Of a DNA stretch of 64,000 bases, positions 1 through 10,476 are shown one piece after another. The position numbers and the translations under genes are program-made. Position 1 is the first letter of the stretch. Each line of letters begins with the position of its first letter. The DNA is from an uncultured Ruminococcus sp. (GTDB lineage: Bacteria > Bacillota > Clostridia > Oscillospirales > Acutalibacteraceae), in assembly GCA_902762615.1 (NCBI GenBank), contig CACWOX010000002.1, positions 92,163-156,162 on the forward strand, in the 5' to 3' direction. The notes under the pieces were generated by a model. That model had not been told where the DNA came from. It saw only the letters and a program-made list of their open reading frames with translations, and ran no database searches.

Positions 1-1
1 C

Positions 2-505
2 GTGGACGTGAAGGGTCACCAGAACAAAAATCTCTCCACCTTTGACCTGAGCCAGCTGAGATGGAACAAAGTCATCATCTGCACCGATGCCGACGTAGAC
101 GGTTTTCAGATACGCACGCTCATTCTGACAATGATTTACCGCCTGATGCCAAAGCTCATCGAAGCCGGAAAGGTCTATATCGCGGAGTCTCCCCTCTACG
201 AAATCACTTGCGGCAGCGAGACTTATTTCGCTTACACCGAGCAGGAAAAAGCCGAGATTCTCGAAAAAATCGACGGCAGGAAATTCACCATTCAGCGTTC
301 CAAAGGTTTGGGTGAAAACGACGCGGACATGATGAGCTTCACTACGATGGCGCCCGATACACGCAGGCTGATCAAGGTCATGCCCACCGACGCGGAACCT
401 ACCGAGAGAATGTTTGACGTGCTGCTCGGCGACAATCTCGCCGGACGAAAGGAATATATCGCAGAGCACGGCAGCGAATTCATAGAGCTGGCGGATGTGC
501 AATAA
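2..505 (+). CDS. parE: Type IIA topoisomerase subunit B, C-terminal fragment (gene begins upstream of window); probably topoisomerase IV ParE
   Basis: ORF is open to the window edge. Toprim motif VIICTDADVDGFQIRTLILT and QRSKGLGE are present. It is followed directly by a subunit-A gene that lacks a GyrA box. Confidence 0.8.
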   Translation: MDVKGHQNKNLSTFDLSQLRWNKVIICTDADVDGFQIRTLILTMIYRLMPKLIEAGKVYIAESPLYEITCGSETYFAYTEQEKAEILEKIDGRKFTIQRSKGLGENDADMMSFTTMAPDTRRLIKVMPTDAEPTERMFDVLLGDNLAGRKEYIAEHGSEFIELADVQ

Positions 506-557
506 ACAATAAACAACAAACAATAATCTATTTTAATACAAACACGGAAGTGATAAT

Positions 558-2786
558 TTGGCACCCAAAAAAAGAAGATCGGCACCGCAGAAATCCTCAA
601 TGAGCGGTTATATAAAGGGCGCTGGCGAAGTCGTTTCTCAGGCGATAGTGGACACGCTGGAGGGCAATTACATGCCATACGCCATGAGCGTTATCATGAG
701 CCGCGCTATTCCCGAAATTGACGGTTTCAAGCCTTCCCACCGCAAGCTGCTTTACACTATGTACAAGATGGGACTGCTCACAGGAGCACGGCAGAAGTCC
801 TCAAAAATCGCAGGTTCCACCATGGCGCTCAATCCTCACGGCGACGCAGCCATTTATGATACGATGGTTCGCATGACGGTCGCTTATGAAGCGCTGCTCC
901 ACCCCTATGTCGATTCCAAAGGCTCCTTCGGCAAGGCGTATTCCCGCGATACACAGGCAGCCGCTTCCCGATACACCGAGGCAAAATTAGCGGCGATAGC
1001 AGGAGAGCTTTTCCGCGACATCGACAACGACGCGGTAGATATGGTGGACAACTTCGACAACACCATGAAGGAGCCTTCCCTTCTCCCCGTTACATTTCCG
1101 GCGATTCTCTGCAACAGCAACACCGGAATTGCCGTCGGAATGGCAAGCTCCATCTGTTCCTTCAACCTCAACGAGCTTATCGAAACCACCATTCAGCTTT
1201 TGAAGAATCCCAAGCACGATATCAGCTCTACTCTGCTTGCCCCCGATTTCCCGGGCGGCGGTCAGATTATTTACAACAAAGAAGAGCTTGACAAAGTGTA
1301 TCACACAGGGCGCGGCAGCATCAAGGTTCGTTCCCGCTACACCTATGACCGCGAGGCAAACTGCATTGACATCACACAGATTCCTCCCACAACAACCTGT
1401 GAACAGATTATCGAAAAGGTCATTGATCTGGTCAAAGCCGGCAAAATCAAGGAAGTCGCCGACATTCGTGACGAGCAGGGTCTGCACGGTCTGCGTATTA
1501 CAATTGACCTCAAACGTTCAGTTGACCCCGACAAGCTCATGCAGAAGCTCTACAAGCTGACCACATTAGAGGACAGTTTCGCCTGCAATTTCAATGTGCT
1601 GATTGACGGCTCCCCGAAGGTGCTCGGAGTGGACGGACTGCTGGACGAATGGATCAAATTCCGCATGAACTGCGTGCAGCGCCGGACTGCATTCACTCTG
1701 AACAAAAAGAAAGAGCGTCTGCATTTGCTCGAAGGTCTGCAAAAAATATTGCTGGACATCGACAAGGCAATCAAAATCATTCGCGAGACCGAAGAAGAAG
1801 CCGACGTTGTGCCCAACCTGATGAACGGCTTCGGCATTGACGAAATTCAGGCGGAATATGTCGCGGAAATCAAGCTGCGCCACATCAACCGCGAATACAT
1901 TCTAAAACGCACCGAAGATATTGAAAATTTACGCAACGAAATTGCAGACTTGGAAGAAATTCTCTCATCTCCTCAGAGAGTCAAGAAAATCATTATCTCT
2001 GAGCTCAAGGACGTGGCTAAAAAATACGGTCAGCCTCGCAGAAGCATGATTCTCTACTCGGTGGAGGAAGCTGACGATGACGAGATCTCCGCTGTTCCGG
2101 ACTATCCGGTAAATATTTTCATCACGCAGGAGGGCTATATCAAAAAAATCAGCCCCCAGTCGCTGCGCATGAGCAGCGAACAGAAGCTAAAAGAGGGCGA
2201 CAAAATCGTTCAGACCTTTGAAACCCGCAACGTAGCGGAGCTGCTCTTCTTCACCGACAAATGTCAGGTCTACAAGTCCAAAGCAGCCGATTTCAGCGAC
2301 AACAAGGCAAGTGTACTGGGAGAATATGTTCCGGCTGTACTCGGAATGGACGAGGACGAGCACGTGAAATACTGCCTGCTTACCACCGACTACAGCGGAT
2401 ACGTCCTTTTTGCTTACGAAAACGGAAAGATCGCCAAAACCGAGCTGAATTCCTACGCCACCAAGACCAATCGCCGCAAGCTGCTTGCTGCCTACAACGA
2501 CAAGTCGCCCCTTGTCAGTGTGCTGCATATTGACAGCGACCGCGATATTCTGGTGCGCACCACCAACGGCAAGGTGCTGATTTTTAATTCCGAAGCCGTA
2601 CCCGCCAAGACCCGCAGCGCACAGGGCAATCAGATTATCACCCTGCGAAAGAACGCAAAGCTCAGCGACATGGTGATTTACGCCGAGGGCATGGTAAAGA
2701 ACGAGTCGAAATTCCGCCCCAAAAATCTGCCCGCGGCAGGCTCGGCAGATGATTCTCAAGAGGGCGAACAGATGACGCTGATGTAA
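558..2786 (+). CDS. parC: Type IIA topoisomerase subunit A, ParC-like (topoisomerase IV subunit A)
   Basis: 742 aa. Motifs HRKLLYTM and NPHGDAAIYDTMVRM, with catalytic Tyr context AASRYTEAKL. I see no QRRGGKG-type GyrA box in the C-terminal domain. Start is TTG 558 or in-frame ATG 600. Confidence 0.85.
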   Translation: MAPKKRRSAPQKSSMSGYIKGAGEVVSQAIVDTLEGNYMPYAMSVIMSRAIPEIDGFKPSHRKLLYTMYKMGLLTGARQKSSKIAGSTMALNPHGDAAIYDTMVRMTVAYEALLHPYVDSKGSFGKAYSRDTQAAASRYTEAKLAAIAGELFRDIDNDAVDMVDNFDNTMKEPSLLPVTFPAILCNSNTGIAVGMASSICSFNLNELIETTIQLLKNPKHDISSTLLAPDFPGGGQIIYNKEELDKVYHTGRGSIKVRSRYTYDREANCIDITQIPPTTTCEQIIEKVIDLVKAGKIKEVADIRDEQGLHGLRITIDLKRSVDPDKLMQKLYKLTTLEDSFACNFNVLIDGSPKVLGVDGLLDEWIKFRMNCVQRRTAFTLNKKKERLHLLEGLQKILLDIDKAIKIIRETEEEADVVPNLMNGFGIDEIQAEYVAEIKLRHINREYILKRTEDIENLRNEIADLEEILSSPQRVKKIIISELKDVAKKYGQPRRSMILYSVEEADDDEISAVPDYPVNIFITQEGYIKKISPQSLRMSSEQKLKEGDKIVQTFETRNVAELLFFTDKCQVYKSKAADFSDNKASVLGEYVPAVLGMDEDEHVKYCLLTTDYSGYVLFAYENGKIAKTELNSYATKTNRRKLLAAYNDKSPLVSVLHIDSDRDILVRTTNGKVLIFNSEAVPAKTRSAQGNQIITLRKNAKLSDMVIYAEGMVKNESKFRPKNLPAAGSADDSQEGEQMTLM

Positions 2787-2812
2787 TGATGCGAGTTTTT
2801 TAATAACAAAAC

Positions 2813-2858
2813 AGGGGTGTCTCACTTTTTCTTTGTGGGACACCCCTATTTATTATTT
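2813..2858. terminator. Rho-independent terminator between convergent parC and the transglutaminase-like gene
   Basis: Stem AGGGGTGTCTCAC / GTGGGACACCCCT (13 bp, one wobble) followed by a T-rich tail, with an A-rich stretch upstream. Confidence 0.7.
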
Positions 2859-2902
2859 AGCAACAAAATCTAAGAAAAACATGCCGGGTATTCCATTGGG
2901 GG

Positions 2903-3691
2903 TTAATTGGTTTGCAGATATTTTTCATCTGCAAGTTGCGGATATTTCATAATAGCCACACCAGTAATTCCAATGCCTCCCGATTCTAAAGTATGAGTGA
3001 TGCCAAATGATCCTTTTGCATACTCCTTTCTGACGATAGCGTTTTCAGGTACCCAAACGGTGTTCTTTCCCAGAAGAAAGATATCACGGCTTGGAGCTCC
3101 GTCATCGTCGTCAAATGTTACATCAACGCCATACCATTTTCCGTCTTCCATCTGAACATAGTTCCATGCATGTGAGCCTTCACCAAGACAAACGCCGTAA
3201 ATACAAACACACGGAATGTCAAATCTTCCGCACAGTGCCTTCAGCGATTTGGCGTAACCTGTGCAGACTAAATCAGATGTCCAAAATACCTCGGGACAGT
3301 CTTCCACAAAAGCTTTATAAGCAAACTTTATGGTTTCACTTACCAAATATTCATTGTCAAGCCTGTCGGGAATGTTGTCAATTACCAGATCGTCATTGCG
3401 CTTTTCCACATACAAATGCTGATATAATGCGTCATAGATCGGCACTGCATAATCACTCAGCATTTCTCTGTAGCTTCCGTTGTTTTCCGCATCGGGTTTA
3501 ACATACGGATCCTCTCTCGGCATTGTTTCCTTTTTCTCATCCGTATCTGATTGAGTATCGGTTTGAGTAACTGTCTGTCTGCCGAAACCGATATTCAGTT
3601 TTCCCCCTCCTGCCAAGAATCCGGCGAAAAATAAAGCATGCGCCATTAGGATTGCAATAGCCGCAATGAGGATTTTCTTTTTCTTGCTCAT
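2903..3691 (-). CDS. Membrane-anchored transglutaminase-like cysteine peptidase domain protein
   Basis: N-terminal TM helix (ILIAAIAILMAHALFFAGFLAG). Cys-His-Asp arrangement LVCTGYAKS ... GSHAWNYV ... WYGVDVT is typical of the transglutaminase-like fold. SD GAAGGAGA lies upstream of the ATG. Confidence 0.7.
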   Translation of the reverse strand: MSKKKKILIAAIAILMAHALFFAGFLAGGGKLNIGFGRQTVTQTDTQSDTDEKKETMPREDPYVKPDAENNGSYREMLSDYAVPIYDALYQHLYVEKRNDDLVIDNIPDRLDNEYLVSETIKFAYKAFVEDCPEVFWTSDLVCTGYAKSLKALCGRFDIPCVCIYGVCLGEGSHAWNYVQMEDGKWYGVDVTFDDDDGAPSRDIFLLGKNTVWVPENAIVRKEYAKGSFGITHTLESGGIGITGVAIMKYPQLADEKYLQTN

Positions 3692-3727
3692 AGAATCTTG
3701 TCTCCTTCAAATGATAGATGATTCACA

Positions 3728-4669
3728 CTAAGCAAGATCGACGGCTTCACCGTCTAAGAATTTCTTGATATCCGCAATCACCTCGTCTCTCGCCGTATCG
3801 TTGAGAATCTCGTGCCTGTTATTTTCGTAGAGCTTCATTTGGACATTGGCTTTGCGTTTTTTGAGCAGTTTGTACACCCTTTTGACGCCCTTGCCGTGAT
3901 CGCCCACAGGATCATCCGCACCGGAAACAAGCAGGATCGGACGATTCCATTTGCCCATTCTTTTAAACCATTCTTTTCTGTTCACAATATCATTCAGTTT
4001 CACCAGATCCAGCATTGCGCTCGATGTGAAATGATAATTACAGAATTTGTCTTGGTCGTACACCTTGCGAACCTCGGGATTTTTGGACAGCCAGTCGCCG
4101 TTGGAGCCGTCACCGAAGCCCTTGTTGTATTCACCGAACGCCAGCTTTTCAATGATCGGTGAAACATGTCGTTCTCCATGGAAAAATTTATTTCTGCTGA
4201 TGATATGAATGGCGGCTTTGGTGGCAGCCATGGGACCGCCTGTACCCATTACAATCAGCTTATCCGCAAGGTCGGGGTATCTTGACGCCGCGTTTCGCAC
4301 AATGAATGAACCCATGCTGTGTCCCATCAGATAATAGGGCAGCCCGGGATATTCACCCTTGACTATGATGGAAACAACATACACATCGTCGGTAAGTTTC
4401 TTCCATCCTTTCTTTTTGGCTATGTAACCAAGCTCATTGTCATCCTTCGCCGTTAATCCGTGACCCAAATTATCATAAGCCACAACCACATAGCCTGACT
4501 CAGCCATTTCCCTGAAGAACGCGTCATAGCGCCCGATGTGCTCGGTCATTCCGTGCACCACATGGAATATTCCTATCGGCTCACCTTCGGGAATGTACTC
4601 CTTGCCTTGCAGCCGATGAATACCGTCAGTTGACGGAAATTCTCTGTTTTTGACCTTTACTTCCATCAT
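3728..4669 (-). CDS. Alpha/beta hydrolase, lysophospholipase / monoacylglycerol-lipase-like
   Basis: HGMTEHIGRYD motif, GHSMGS nucleophile elbow and C-terminal His (NNRHEILND). Its ATG directly abuts the glpK stop codon. Confidence 0.8.
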   Translation of the reverse strand: MMEVKVKNREFPSTDGIHRLQGKEYIPEGEPIGIFHVVHGMTEHIGRYDAFFREMAESGYVVVAYDNLGHGLTAKDDNELGYIAKKKGWKKLTDDVYVVSIIVKGEYPGLPYYLMGHSMGSFIVRNAASRYPDLADKLIVMGTGGPMAATKAAIHIISRNKFFHGERHVSPIIEKLAFGEYNKGFGDGSNGDWLSKNPEVRKVYDQDKFCNYHFTSSAMLDLVKLNDIVNRKEWFKRMGKWNRPILLVSGADDPVGDHGKGVKRVYKLLKKRKANVQMKLYENNRHEILNDTARDEVIADIKKFLDGEAVDLA

Positions 4670-6151
4670 TCATACCCCTCTGCATGTGGAAACCGCCGCG
4701 TGCCAACCGCTGAGCAGCTTCTCACGATCTTTTTCATTCATTTTCGGCTCAAATACCGCGTTAACCATCGCGCCCTCCGCGAACAGTTCATCTCCGAAAA
4801 GCCCTGCCGCAATTCCGGCGAGATATGCCGCTCCTGCCGCAGTTGCTTCCTTCTGGGAAGGACGCACTACAGTGACGTCCGATATATCCGACTGGAACTG
4901 CATGAGGGAATTGTTAGCCGATGCGCCGCCGTCGACCTTGAGACTGTGTATCTTTTCTCCCATATCCTCGCACATTGCCCTGATAACGTCTTCCGACTGG
5001 AAAGCAATGGATTCGAGTGCTGCGCGTATGATATGGTCGCGGTTTGCGCCGCGTGTAATTCCGGTGATTACGCCACGGGCATTCATATCCCAATAGGGAG
5101 CGCCAAGTCCCGTGAAAGCCGGAACGATGTATACACCTCCGTTGTCGGCGACTTTGCGGGCAAAGTATTCGCTGTCGGATGAATCGTGAATAATTCTCAG
5201 CTCATCACGCAGCCATTGAATGACCGCCCCGCCGGTGAACACGCTGCCTTCGAGAGCGTATTCTACTGGTCTGCCCTCGGGTGTGGCTGCTATTGTGGTG
5301 ACAAGTCCGCACTTGCTGAATACAGGCTTGGATCCTGTATTCGCCAGCAGGAAGCAGCCCGTGCCGTAGGTGATTTTCAAATCTCCCTCGTTGATGCAGC
5401 CCTGTCCGAAAAGCGCCGCCTGCTGGTCTCCCGCAATGCCGCTGATCGGCACCTTTGCGCCCATCATGCGTACATATCCGTAGACCTCGCTGCTGCTTCT
5501 GACCTCGGGAAGCATATTCATAGGCACATCGAATATTTTACACAATTCCTCGTCCCACTGCAATGTGTTGATGTTGTACAGCATGGTGCGGGACGCGTTG
5601 GTGCGGTCGGTGACGTGCACGGCGCCCTCGGTCAGCTTCCAGAGCAGCCATGTGTCCACCGTGCCGAAGAGCAGCTCTCCCCTCTCTGCTTTTTCCCTTG
5701 CGCCCTCGACATTGTCGAGTATCCATTTTATCTTGGTCGCGCTGAAATACGCGTCGAGTTTCAGACCCGTCGCGCTGCGTATGGTTTCCGAAACACCTGT
5801 CGCTTCGATTGCCCCGCATATCTCGGACGTACGCCTGCACTGCCATACGATGGCGTTATAGATCGGCTTGCCGGTCGCCTTCTCCCACACGATCGTTGTC
5901 TCACGCTGATTGGTGATGCCAATTCCTGCAATCTCCAACGGATCAATGCCGCTCTTGGCTATACATTCGATCATCGAGGCGTACTGCGTGGCATAGATTT
6001 CCATGGGGTCGTGCTCCACCCAGCCGGGCTGAGGATAAATCTGACTGAACTCCTGCTGCGCTGTGGTGATCTTGTTCATGTCTTTGTCGAACAAAATTGT
6101 CCTTGCGCTGGTGGTTCCTTCATCAAGCGCTAAAAGGTATTTTTTTTCCAT
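4670..6151 (-). CDS. glpK: Glycerol kinase
   Basis: 493 aa with N-terminus [19 protein letters not shown] and FGGY-family motifs along the full length. SD GGAGGC lies upstream. Confidence 0.95.
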   Translation of the reverse strand: MEKKYLLALDEGTTSARTILFDKDMNKITTAQQEFSQIYPQPGWVEHDPMEIYATQYASMIECIAKSGIDPLEIAGIGITNQRETTIVWEKATGKPIYNAIVWQCRRTSEICGAIEATGVSETIRSATGLKLDAYFSATKIKWILDNVEGAREKAERGELLFGTVDTWLLWKLTEGAVHVTDRTNASRTMLYNINTLQWDEELCKIFDVPMNMLPEVRSSSEVYGYVRMMGAKVPISGIAGDQQAALFGQGCINEGDLKITYGTGCFLLANTGSKPVFSKCGLVTTIAATPEGRPVEYALEGSVFTGGAVIQWLRDELRIIHDSSDSEYFARKVADNGGVYIVPAFTGLGAPYWDMNARGVITGITRGANRDHIIRAALESIAFQSEDVIRAMCEDMGEKIHSLKVDGGASANNSLMQFQSDISDVTVVRPSQKEATAAGAAYLAGIAAGLFGDELFAEGAMVNAVFEPKMNEKDREKLLSGWHAAVSTCRGV

Positions 6152-6177
6152 TTTTTCATCGCCTCCGTTTTTATTCT

Positions 6178-6206
6178 ATTTTAACACACTCCTCAGAAAT
6201 AATCAA
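6178..6206 (-). promoter_or_regulatory. Sigma-A-type promoter for glpK
   Basis: On the minus strand: TTGATT, 17-nt spacer, TGtTAAAAT (extended -10), about 20 nt upstream of the glpK SD. Confidence 0.55.
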
Positions 6207-6317
6207 TATTTAATATAAATTTTTATATATTTTATTGTTTTTATGTTTATAATTACTATTGCGTTTCGCATAGGTCAGTAGCACGCTTTTTTTCAATGCA
6301 TTATGGATGAGTAAAAG

Positions 6318-6346
6318 TTGACAACAGCATCTTTACTTGCTATAAT
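6318..6346 (+). promoter_or_regulatory. Sigma-A-type promoter for the downstream hydrolase gene
   Basis: TTGACA, 17-nt spacer, TGcTATAAT. This consensus match occupies the first codons of the ORF-track model starting at 6318, so the real start is placed at ATG 6381. Confidence 0.65.
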
Positions 6347-6380
6347 AAAATATAATCAATCAACGAAAGCGGTGTTTTTT

Positions 6381-7280
6381 ATGAAATATGCTGTAATTAC
6401 GTCATTCATCTTAATTATTCTTTCTATCCTGTGGCTGATACTTGCTCTTTATCTTGCCGCATTTGTCATGACAGGCAGCAGACAAACGCTCGACGAGGCA
6501 ATGCAATGGCAGTCCGGCAGGTATGACACATCGTTTTACGACGAACTTGAAAAAGATGATTATACCGTGACAAGCTACGACGGTTACATACTGAATGTTC
6601 AGTTGCTGCACAATCCAACCCCTACCGACAAATATGTCATTATATCCCACGGTTACACCGACAACCGAATCGGCTCGCTGAAATACGCCAAGCTTTATCT
6701 TGCTTTGGGCTATCACTGCATTATCTACGATCTTCGCGGACACGGACTCAACAAAAGCACCTTCACCACCTACGGAATCCGTGAAGGTCAGGACATCGCC
6801 ACTCTTGTTGAGGATACCGGAAAGCGCTATCCGAATATATCTCAGTTAGGACTTCACGGAGAATCGCTCGGCGCGGCATCGACCATTACCGCCCTTCAAT
6901 ACAAGCCTGATGTGGATTTTGTCGTGGCAGACTGCGGCTTTGCGGACATTGAAGGCGTGCTTCGCGAGGGATATCGGAAGGCGCACGTCCCGTCATTTTT
7001 AGTGGACGTCGCAGACATCGGCGCACGCATACGCTATCATTTTTCCCTGAAAAAAATGCGCCCGATTGATGCGCTGAGTGAAAACGAGATACCGATTCTC
7101 TTCATTCACGGCGCCCAGGACGATTTTATCCTGCCGGATCATTCCGAGAGAATGGCAAAGGCAACCAAGGGGCAAAGCGTGCTTCACCTGATTGACGGAG
7201 CCGGTCACGCGGAATCGGTCCTGACCCAGCCGGACGATTACATGAATTACTTATCCGAGTTTATTCAGAATCTCAATTAA
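6381..7280 (+). CDS. Membrane-anchored alpha/beta hydrolase
   Basis: N-terminal TM (VITSFILIILSILWLILALYLAAFVM), HGYTDN oxyanion region, GESLGAA nucleophile elbow and C-terminal DGAGHAE. Confidence 0.8.
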   Translation: MKYAVITSFILIILSILWLILALYLAAFVMTGSRQTLDEAMQWQSGRYDTSFYDELEKDDYTVTSYDGYILNVQLLHNPTPTDKYVIISHGYTDNRIGSLKYAKLYLALGYHCIIYDLRGHGLNKSTFTTYGIREGQDIATLVEDTGKRYPNISQLGLHGESLGAASTITALQYKPDVDFVVADCGFADIEGVLREGYRKAHVPSFLVDVADIGARIRYHFSLKKMRPIDALSENEIPILFIHGAQDDFILPDHSERMAKATKGQSVLHLIDGAGHAESVLTQPDDYMNYLSEFIQNLN

Positions 7281-7297
7281 ACGCGACAAAAACAGTA

Positions 7298-7344
7298 CAC
7301 GCCGATATTCCGAAATCATATTGGAATATCGGCGTGATTTTTTT
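7298..7344 (+). terminator. Rho-independent terminator
   Basis: 14-bp stem CACGCCGATATTCC / GGAATATCGGCGTG followed by T7. Confidence 0.85.
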
Positions 7345-7362
7345 ACTTTTTTACATGATGCA

Positions 7363-8841
7363 TTATAAAGAATTCGCGTCGCTAAGAAGCTGCTTTACCC
7401 ACGTTGCTGTAACGGTATTTGTCGGGCAGCCGTCCCGAACGACGGCGTATTCACGGTCGGAGTATGGATAGAGCTTTATGATGACAGGCTCCCGCTTGAA
7501 GTTGGCAAAGTATGAGAGTGTTATCGTCACTGCAGGCTTGCCGTCAGGCTTTTTTACGTTCCAGCGCTGAATGGCGCTGCCGTTGAGCTGCTTCATCAGC
7601 TTGGTAAAGGACGAATATGTTTTATCCTCACCGTTTTTGGTGACGCTGTATTTATATATCACATCGCTCTGGGCAACAGCATTCTGATTTTCCTCACGCT
7701 TCACCGAAATCTCGCACTGAGCGCCGTCACCCGATATCTTTACGCCGCTCAATGATTCCATCGTGGCGGAAATGGCATTGATGCTGTAGATGTTCTCGGG
7801 CGTAAGCTGGTGAAGCACTGAGAGGGAATTGACATTCAGCTGATAGATAATGTCATGATCCTTGAGAATCGCATACATTTTCTCGCTCTCGGGCTTGCTG
7901 CAATACATAACGACGTCCTTGCCGTTGCGCTGGAAGGAGACTGTCAGATACGGCGAGGCAAGTCCGTAAGCCTTCATCTGCTTTGAAGTCGGCTTGAGCA
8001 CTGCCACGTCATCCGCCATGAGATATTGCAGGTCGTAAACCAGCATGGCTGCCGCGGAATCCTTCACCGGCCAGCTGATCGGAGAGGTGACCTTATAGCT
8101 GAATCCGTAAAAGAGACTGCTCATATCTGCGGTGGTGTTCGGCTTCATGACAAATTTGCCGCTGAATTCCTTGCCGCTCAGTGTGATATTCCCTATTTTG
8201 ATATTGCTCTTTTTGCTGCCGTCCTCGTTGGAGTCGTAATCGCTGAAAATATCATCGCTCAGATAGTAGCTGTTTCCCATGAAAAACGCGCTGTCCAGTG
8301 TGCAGACGTAAATATTGCTGTCGCCGCTGACCGTCAGATAATACACGTCATTCTCATAGCCGGGCGTTTTGCTGCCGGCTTTGAAGGTGTATGATTTTCC
8401 GTTTTTTAATACGACCTTCACCGAGAGAGACGGCTTGTCAAATCCGTAATTCTTAGGATTGTAGTCCGTATCCTTTACGCTGCCCACAATATCCTGATAG
8501 ATCATCTGCACCGAACCGAACCATACTGTCTCCATAAAGCTGGAATTGACACTATACCCTTCCAACTCCTTGAAAGCAACGCTTCCGCTTTCCTTGTTGA
8601 CATACGCGGTGTATTTTGCCTGAGAATTGGAAAGCGTGACCGTCTTGATATCGTCTGCGGAATAATTGAGCAACACGCCGGATTTTCTGCCGGCATCGTC
8701 ATCGGTCTCGGTCACATAGTGTTCATGGTCATGATCGTCACCGTCTTCCGCTGACTCCCCCATTGCAAGCAGCCAGAAGAGCACTCCCACCGCAGCGGTT
8801 GCCAGAAGGAGCAGCAGCAGATTGCGTTTTTTCCTGTTCAC
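7363..8841 (-). CDS. DUF4340-like protein, the accessory partner of GldG-type ABC systems
   Basis: N-terminal TM, then a long extracytoplasmic region, in the position typical of DUF4340 after a GldG-like gene. I place the start at GTG 8841: it overlaps the upstream stop as GTGA, and GGAGG lies 9 nt upstream. Confidence 0.65.
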   Translation of the reverse strand: MNRKKRNLLLLLLATAAVGVLFWLLAMGESAEDGDDHDHEHYVTETDDDAGRKSGVLLNYSADDIKTVTLSNSQAKYTAYVNKESGSVAFKELEGYSVNSSFMETVWFGSVQMIYQDIVGSVKDTDYNPKNYGFDKPSLSVKVVLKNGKSYTFKAGSKTPGYENDVYYLTVSGDSNIYVCTLDSAFFMGNSYYLSDDIFSDYDSNEDGSKKSNIKIGNITLSGKEFSGKFVMKPNTTADMSSLFYGFSYKVTSPISWPVKDSAAAMLVYDLQYLMADDVAVLKPTSKQMKAYGLASPYLTVSFQRNGKDVVMYCSKPESEKMYAILKDHDIIYQLNVNSLSVLHQLTPENIYSINAISATMESLSGVKISGDGAQCEISVKREENQNAVAQSDVIYKYSVTKNGEDKTYSSFTKLMKQLNGSAIQRWNVKKPDGKPAVTITLSYFANFKREPVIIKLYPYSDREYAVVRDGCPTNTVTATWVKQLLSDANSL

Positions 8842-10442
8842 AGCCTGCGCCTCCTGATGTAAACTACCAGACCGCACACAAGAGCGACCAGAGGAATGAT
8901 GTAGCCGAAAATGACGCTGATGACCGACAGCGTATTCATATCCACCGAGAAATCCACCGCGTAAAGCGCCTTTGGCTCAATGTCAATATTGCCTGTGTCA
9001 ATTCCGCTGCGCTGATTGAACATCGAAAGCAGCAGGCTGAGATTGCCGTAAATATCCGTTGTGATCAACTCGGAAGCATACAGGCTGTCGGGGGCTACTA
9101 TAATATCGGTGCGCAGTTTGTCGCCTTCCATCGTATCGCGGTAGGTGGTGGAGCTTGCCATCACCGTGCGAACCGCCTCGTCCGCTTCGGTGTATTTTGA
9201 TCTGTCAAATTTAGTGGCGCTGTCGCAGACCAAGCCTTCCTCAGACGAGGTGAGCACGGCAGCCACGTCTGTAGCGCCTTTCTCATTATAGAGAATGTCA
9301 AGCGCGACGGCGTTGACCACCGCAGGATAATTCAGCCGGTCGATCAGATTCAGCGTGTAGTCGCTTTCCTTCATCTGGGCTGTGAATGCGCTCATTTGCT
9401 TTGAAATCGTATTGTGGGAATCACCCTCATAGACGATATCCTGCGTTATGGCTATGCCGTATTCCGAAAGCAGTGAATTGAGATTGGGCATTTTGGGCAT
9501 TAATGAGGACGAAAACACAATCAGCGTGCGGGATTTTGCCTGGCTGCTGAGATAATCGTCCAGCTTGGCGGTCTGGGCGCGGCTGAGATCGGAGGTCGGC
9601 GCGGCAAGCATCACAACGTCAGCATCGTCGGGAAGATCCTCCCTGCGGATATCCACCGTACGCACCTCGTAGCCGTTCAGCTCCAGTATTGTGACAAATT
9701 CCGAGCTGTTGGCATCCACATTTAGTCCGTCGACAAAGGCGACAACCGGAGTCTTATCAAGCGTGACCGTCTTGATAAGAGAGGTCATGTAGGTTTCCGT
9801 GTAGGACTGCGCCACCGAGGTATTCCCTGTGGTGCTGTCGTATGAGCTGTAATCGCCCGACAGCGACGGCAGCATTTCAAAGAAAGAGGTCACCCTTGTG
9901 CGCCGTGCCGATTTGATGACGATATAGTAATAATCCAGCACATCGCTGTATTCCGGAAACTGCATGATGTAAGCCGGCATTTTGCTCAGATCGACATAAT
10001 TGATGGAGATATTGTCGTTGAGCTGCGGATAGCGCTTGATGATTTCGTGCGCTATCGGGATCTGACCGTAGGTGTCGGTGGTGAGCGCTCCCGAGGAGGT
10101 ACACTGGGCTTCGGTGGCAAGAATATCTATTTCCACGCGCTCGTCAATGCCCCTGATGAGCTTCTCAGTCTCGGCGGTGAGGGTGTAACGCTTGTCGTCG
10201 GTCATGTCAAGGCTCATGAAAGAATATCTTTCCTTCATCTTCATGACAGCCATATTCAGCAGCACGACAAATAGAAAGAATATCACAGTCATCACGGTCG
10301 CCATGCTTCCGTGGCGGAATCGCGTGCTTGTGCGGATCAGGTGAATGGTGTGCTTTATTTTATTCATAATACCGCTCGTGTCGTTTTTTTTAGGTGCCTG
10401 CTTTTGCGTCGGCGTTTTTTCTTTATTAAAAATATGATTCAA
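8838..10442 (-). CDS. GldG-like ABC-transporter auxiliary protein
   Basis: 534 aa with N- and C-terminal TM anchors flanking a large external domain. It follows the ABC-2 permease and ATPase genes, the usual GldA/F/G-like order. Confidence 0.7.
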   Translation of the reverse strand: MNHIFNKEKTPTQKQAPKKNDTSGIMNKIKHTIHLIRTSTRFRHGSMATVMTVIFFLFVVLLNMAVMKMKERYSFMSLDMTDDKRYTLTAETEKLIRGIDERVEIDILATEAQCTSSGALTTDTYGQIPIAHEIIKRYPQLNDNISINYVDLSKMPAYIMQFPEYSDVLDYYYIVIKSARRTRVTSFFEMLPSLSGDYSSYDSTTGNTSVAQSYTETYMTSLIKTVTLDKTPVVAFVDGLNVDANSSEFVTILELNGYEVRTVDIRREDLPDDADVVMLAAPTSDLSRAQTAKLDDYLSSQAKSRTLIVFSSSLMPKMPNLNSLLSEYGIAITQDIVYEGDSHNTISKQMSAFTAQMKESDYTLNLIDRLNYPAVVNAVALDILYNEKGATDVAAVLTSSEEGLVCDSATKFDRSKYTEADEAVRTVMASSTTYRDTMEGDKLRTDIIVAPDSLYASELITTDIYGNLSLLLSMFNQRSGIDTGNIDIEPKALYAVDFSVDMNTLSVISVIFGYIIPLVALVCGLVVYIRRRRL

Positions 10443-10476
10443 TGATGATCACCTCGTCGATGAGAAATATCAAAAG

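Noticed and set aside
2-2786. Annotating the first two genes as gyrB/gyrA.
   Set aside because: The subunit-A protein is short (742 aa), and I cannot find a GyrA-box (QRRGGKG-like) after the ITQEGYIKK strand. This favours ParE/ParC, but the call is by eye and could be overturned by a phylogeny.
5186-6133. Long antisense ORFs opposite well-supported genes: 315 aa opposite glpK, plus 2187..2843, 15386..16105, 18152..18931, 49280..49912, 50964..51611 and 58973..59788.
   Set aside because: Each lies entirely inside a gene with strong family motifs on the other strand. They have no SD and show Arg/Cys/His-rich, low-complexity composition typical of antisense frames of moderately GC-rich genes. 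I see no recognisable domains in them.
7363-10442. Interpreting the GldG/DUF4340 genes as gliding-motility machinery.
   Set aside because: No other gld or spr genes are present, and the organism is a Firmicute by gene content. The family name reflects only where the family was first found.
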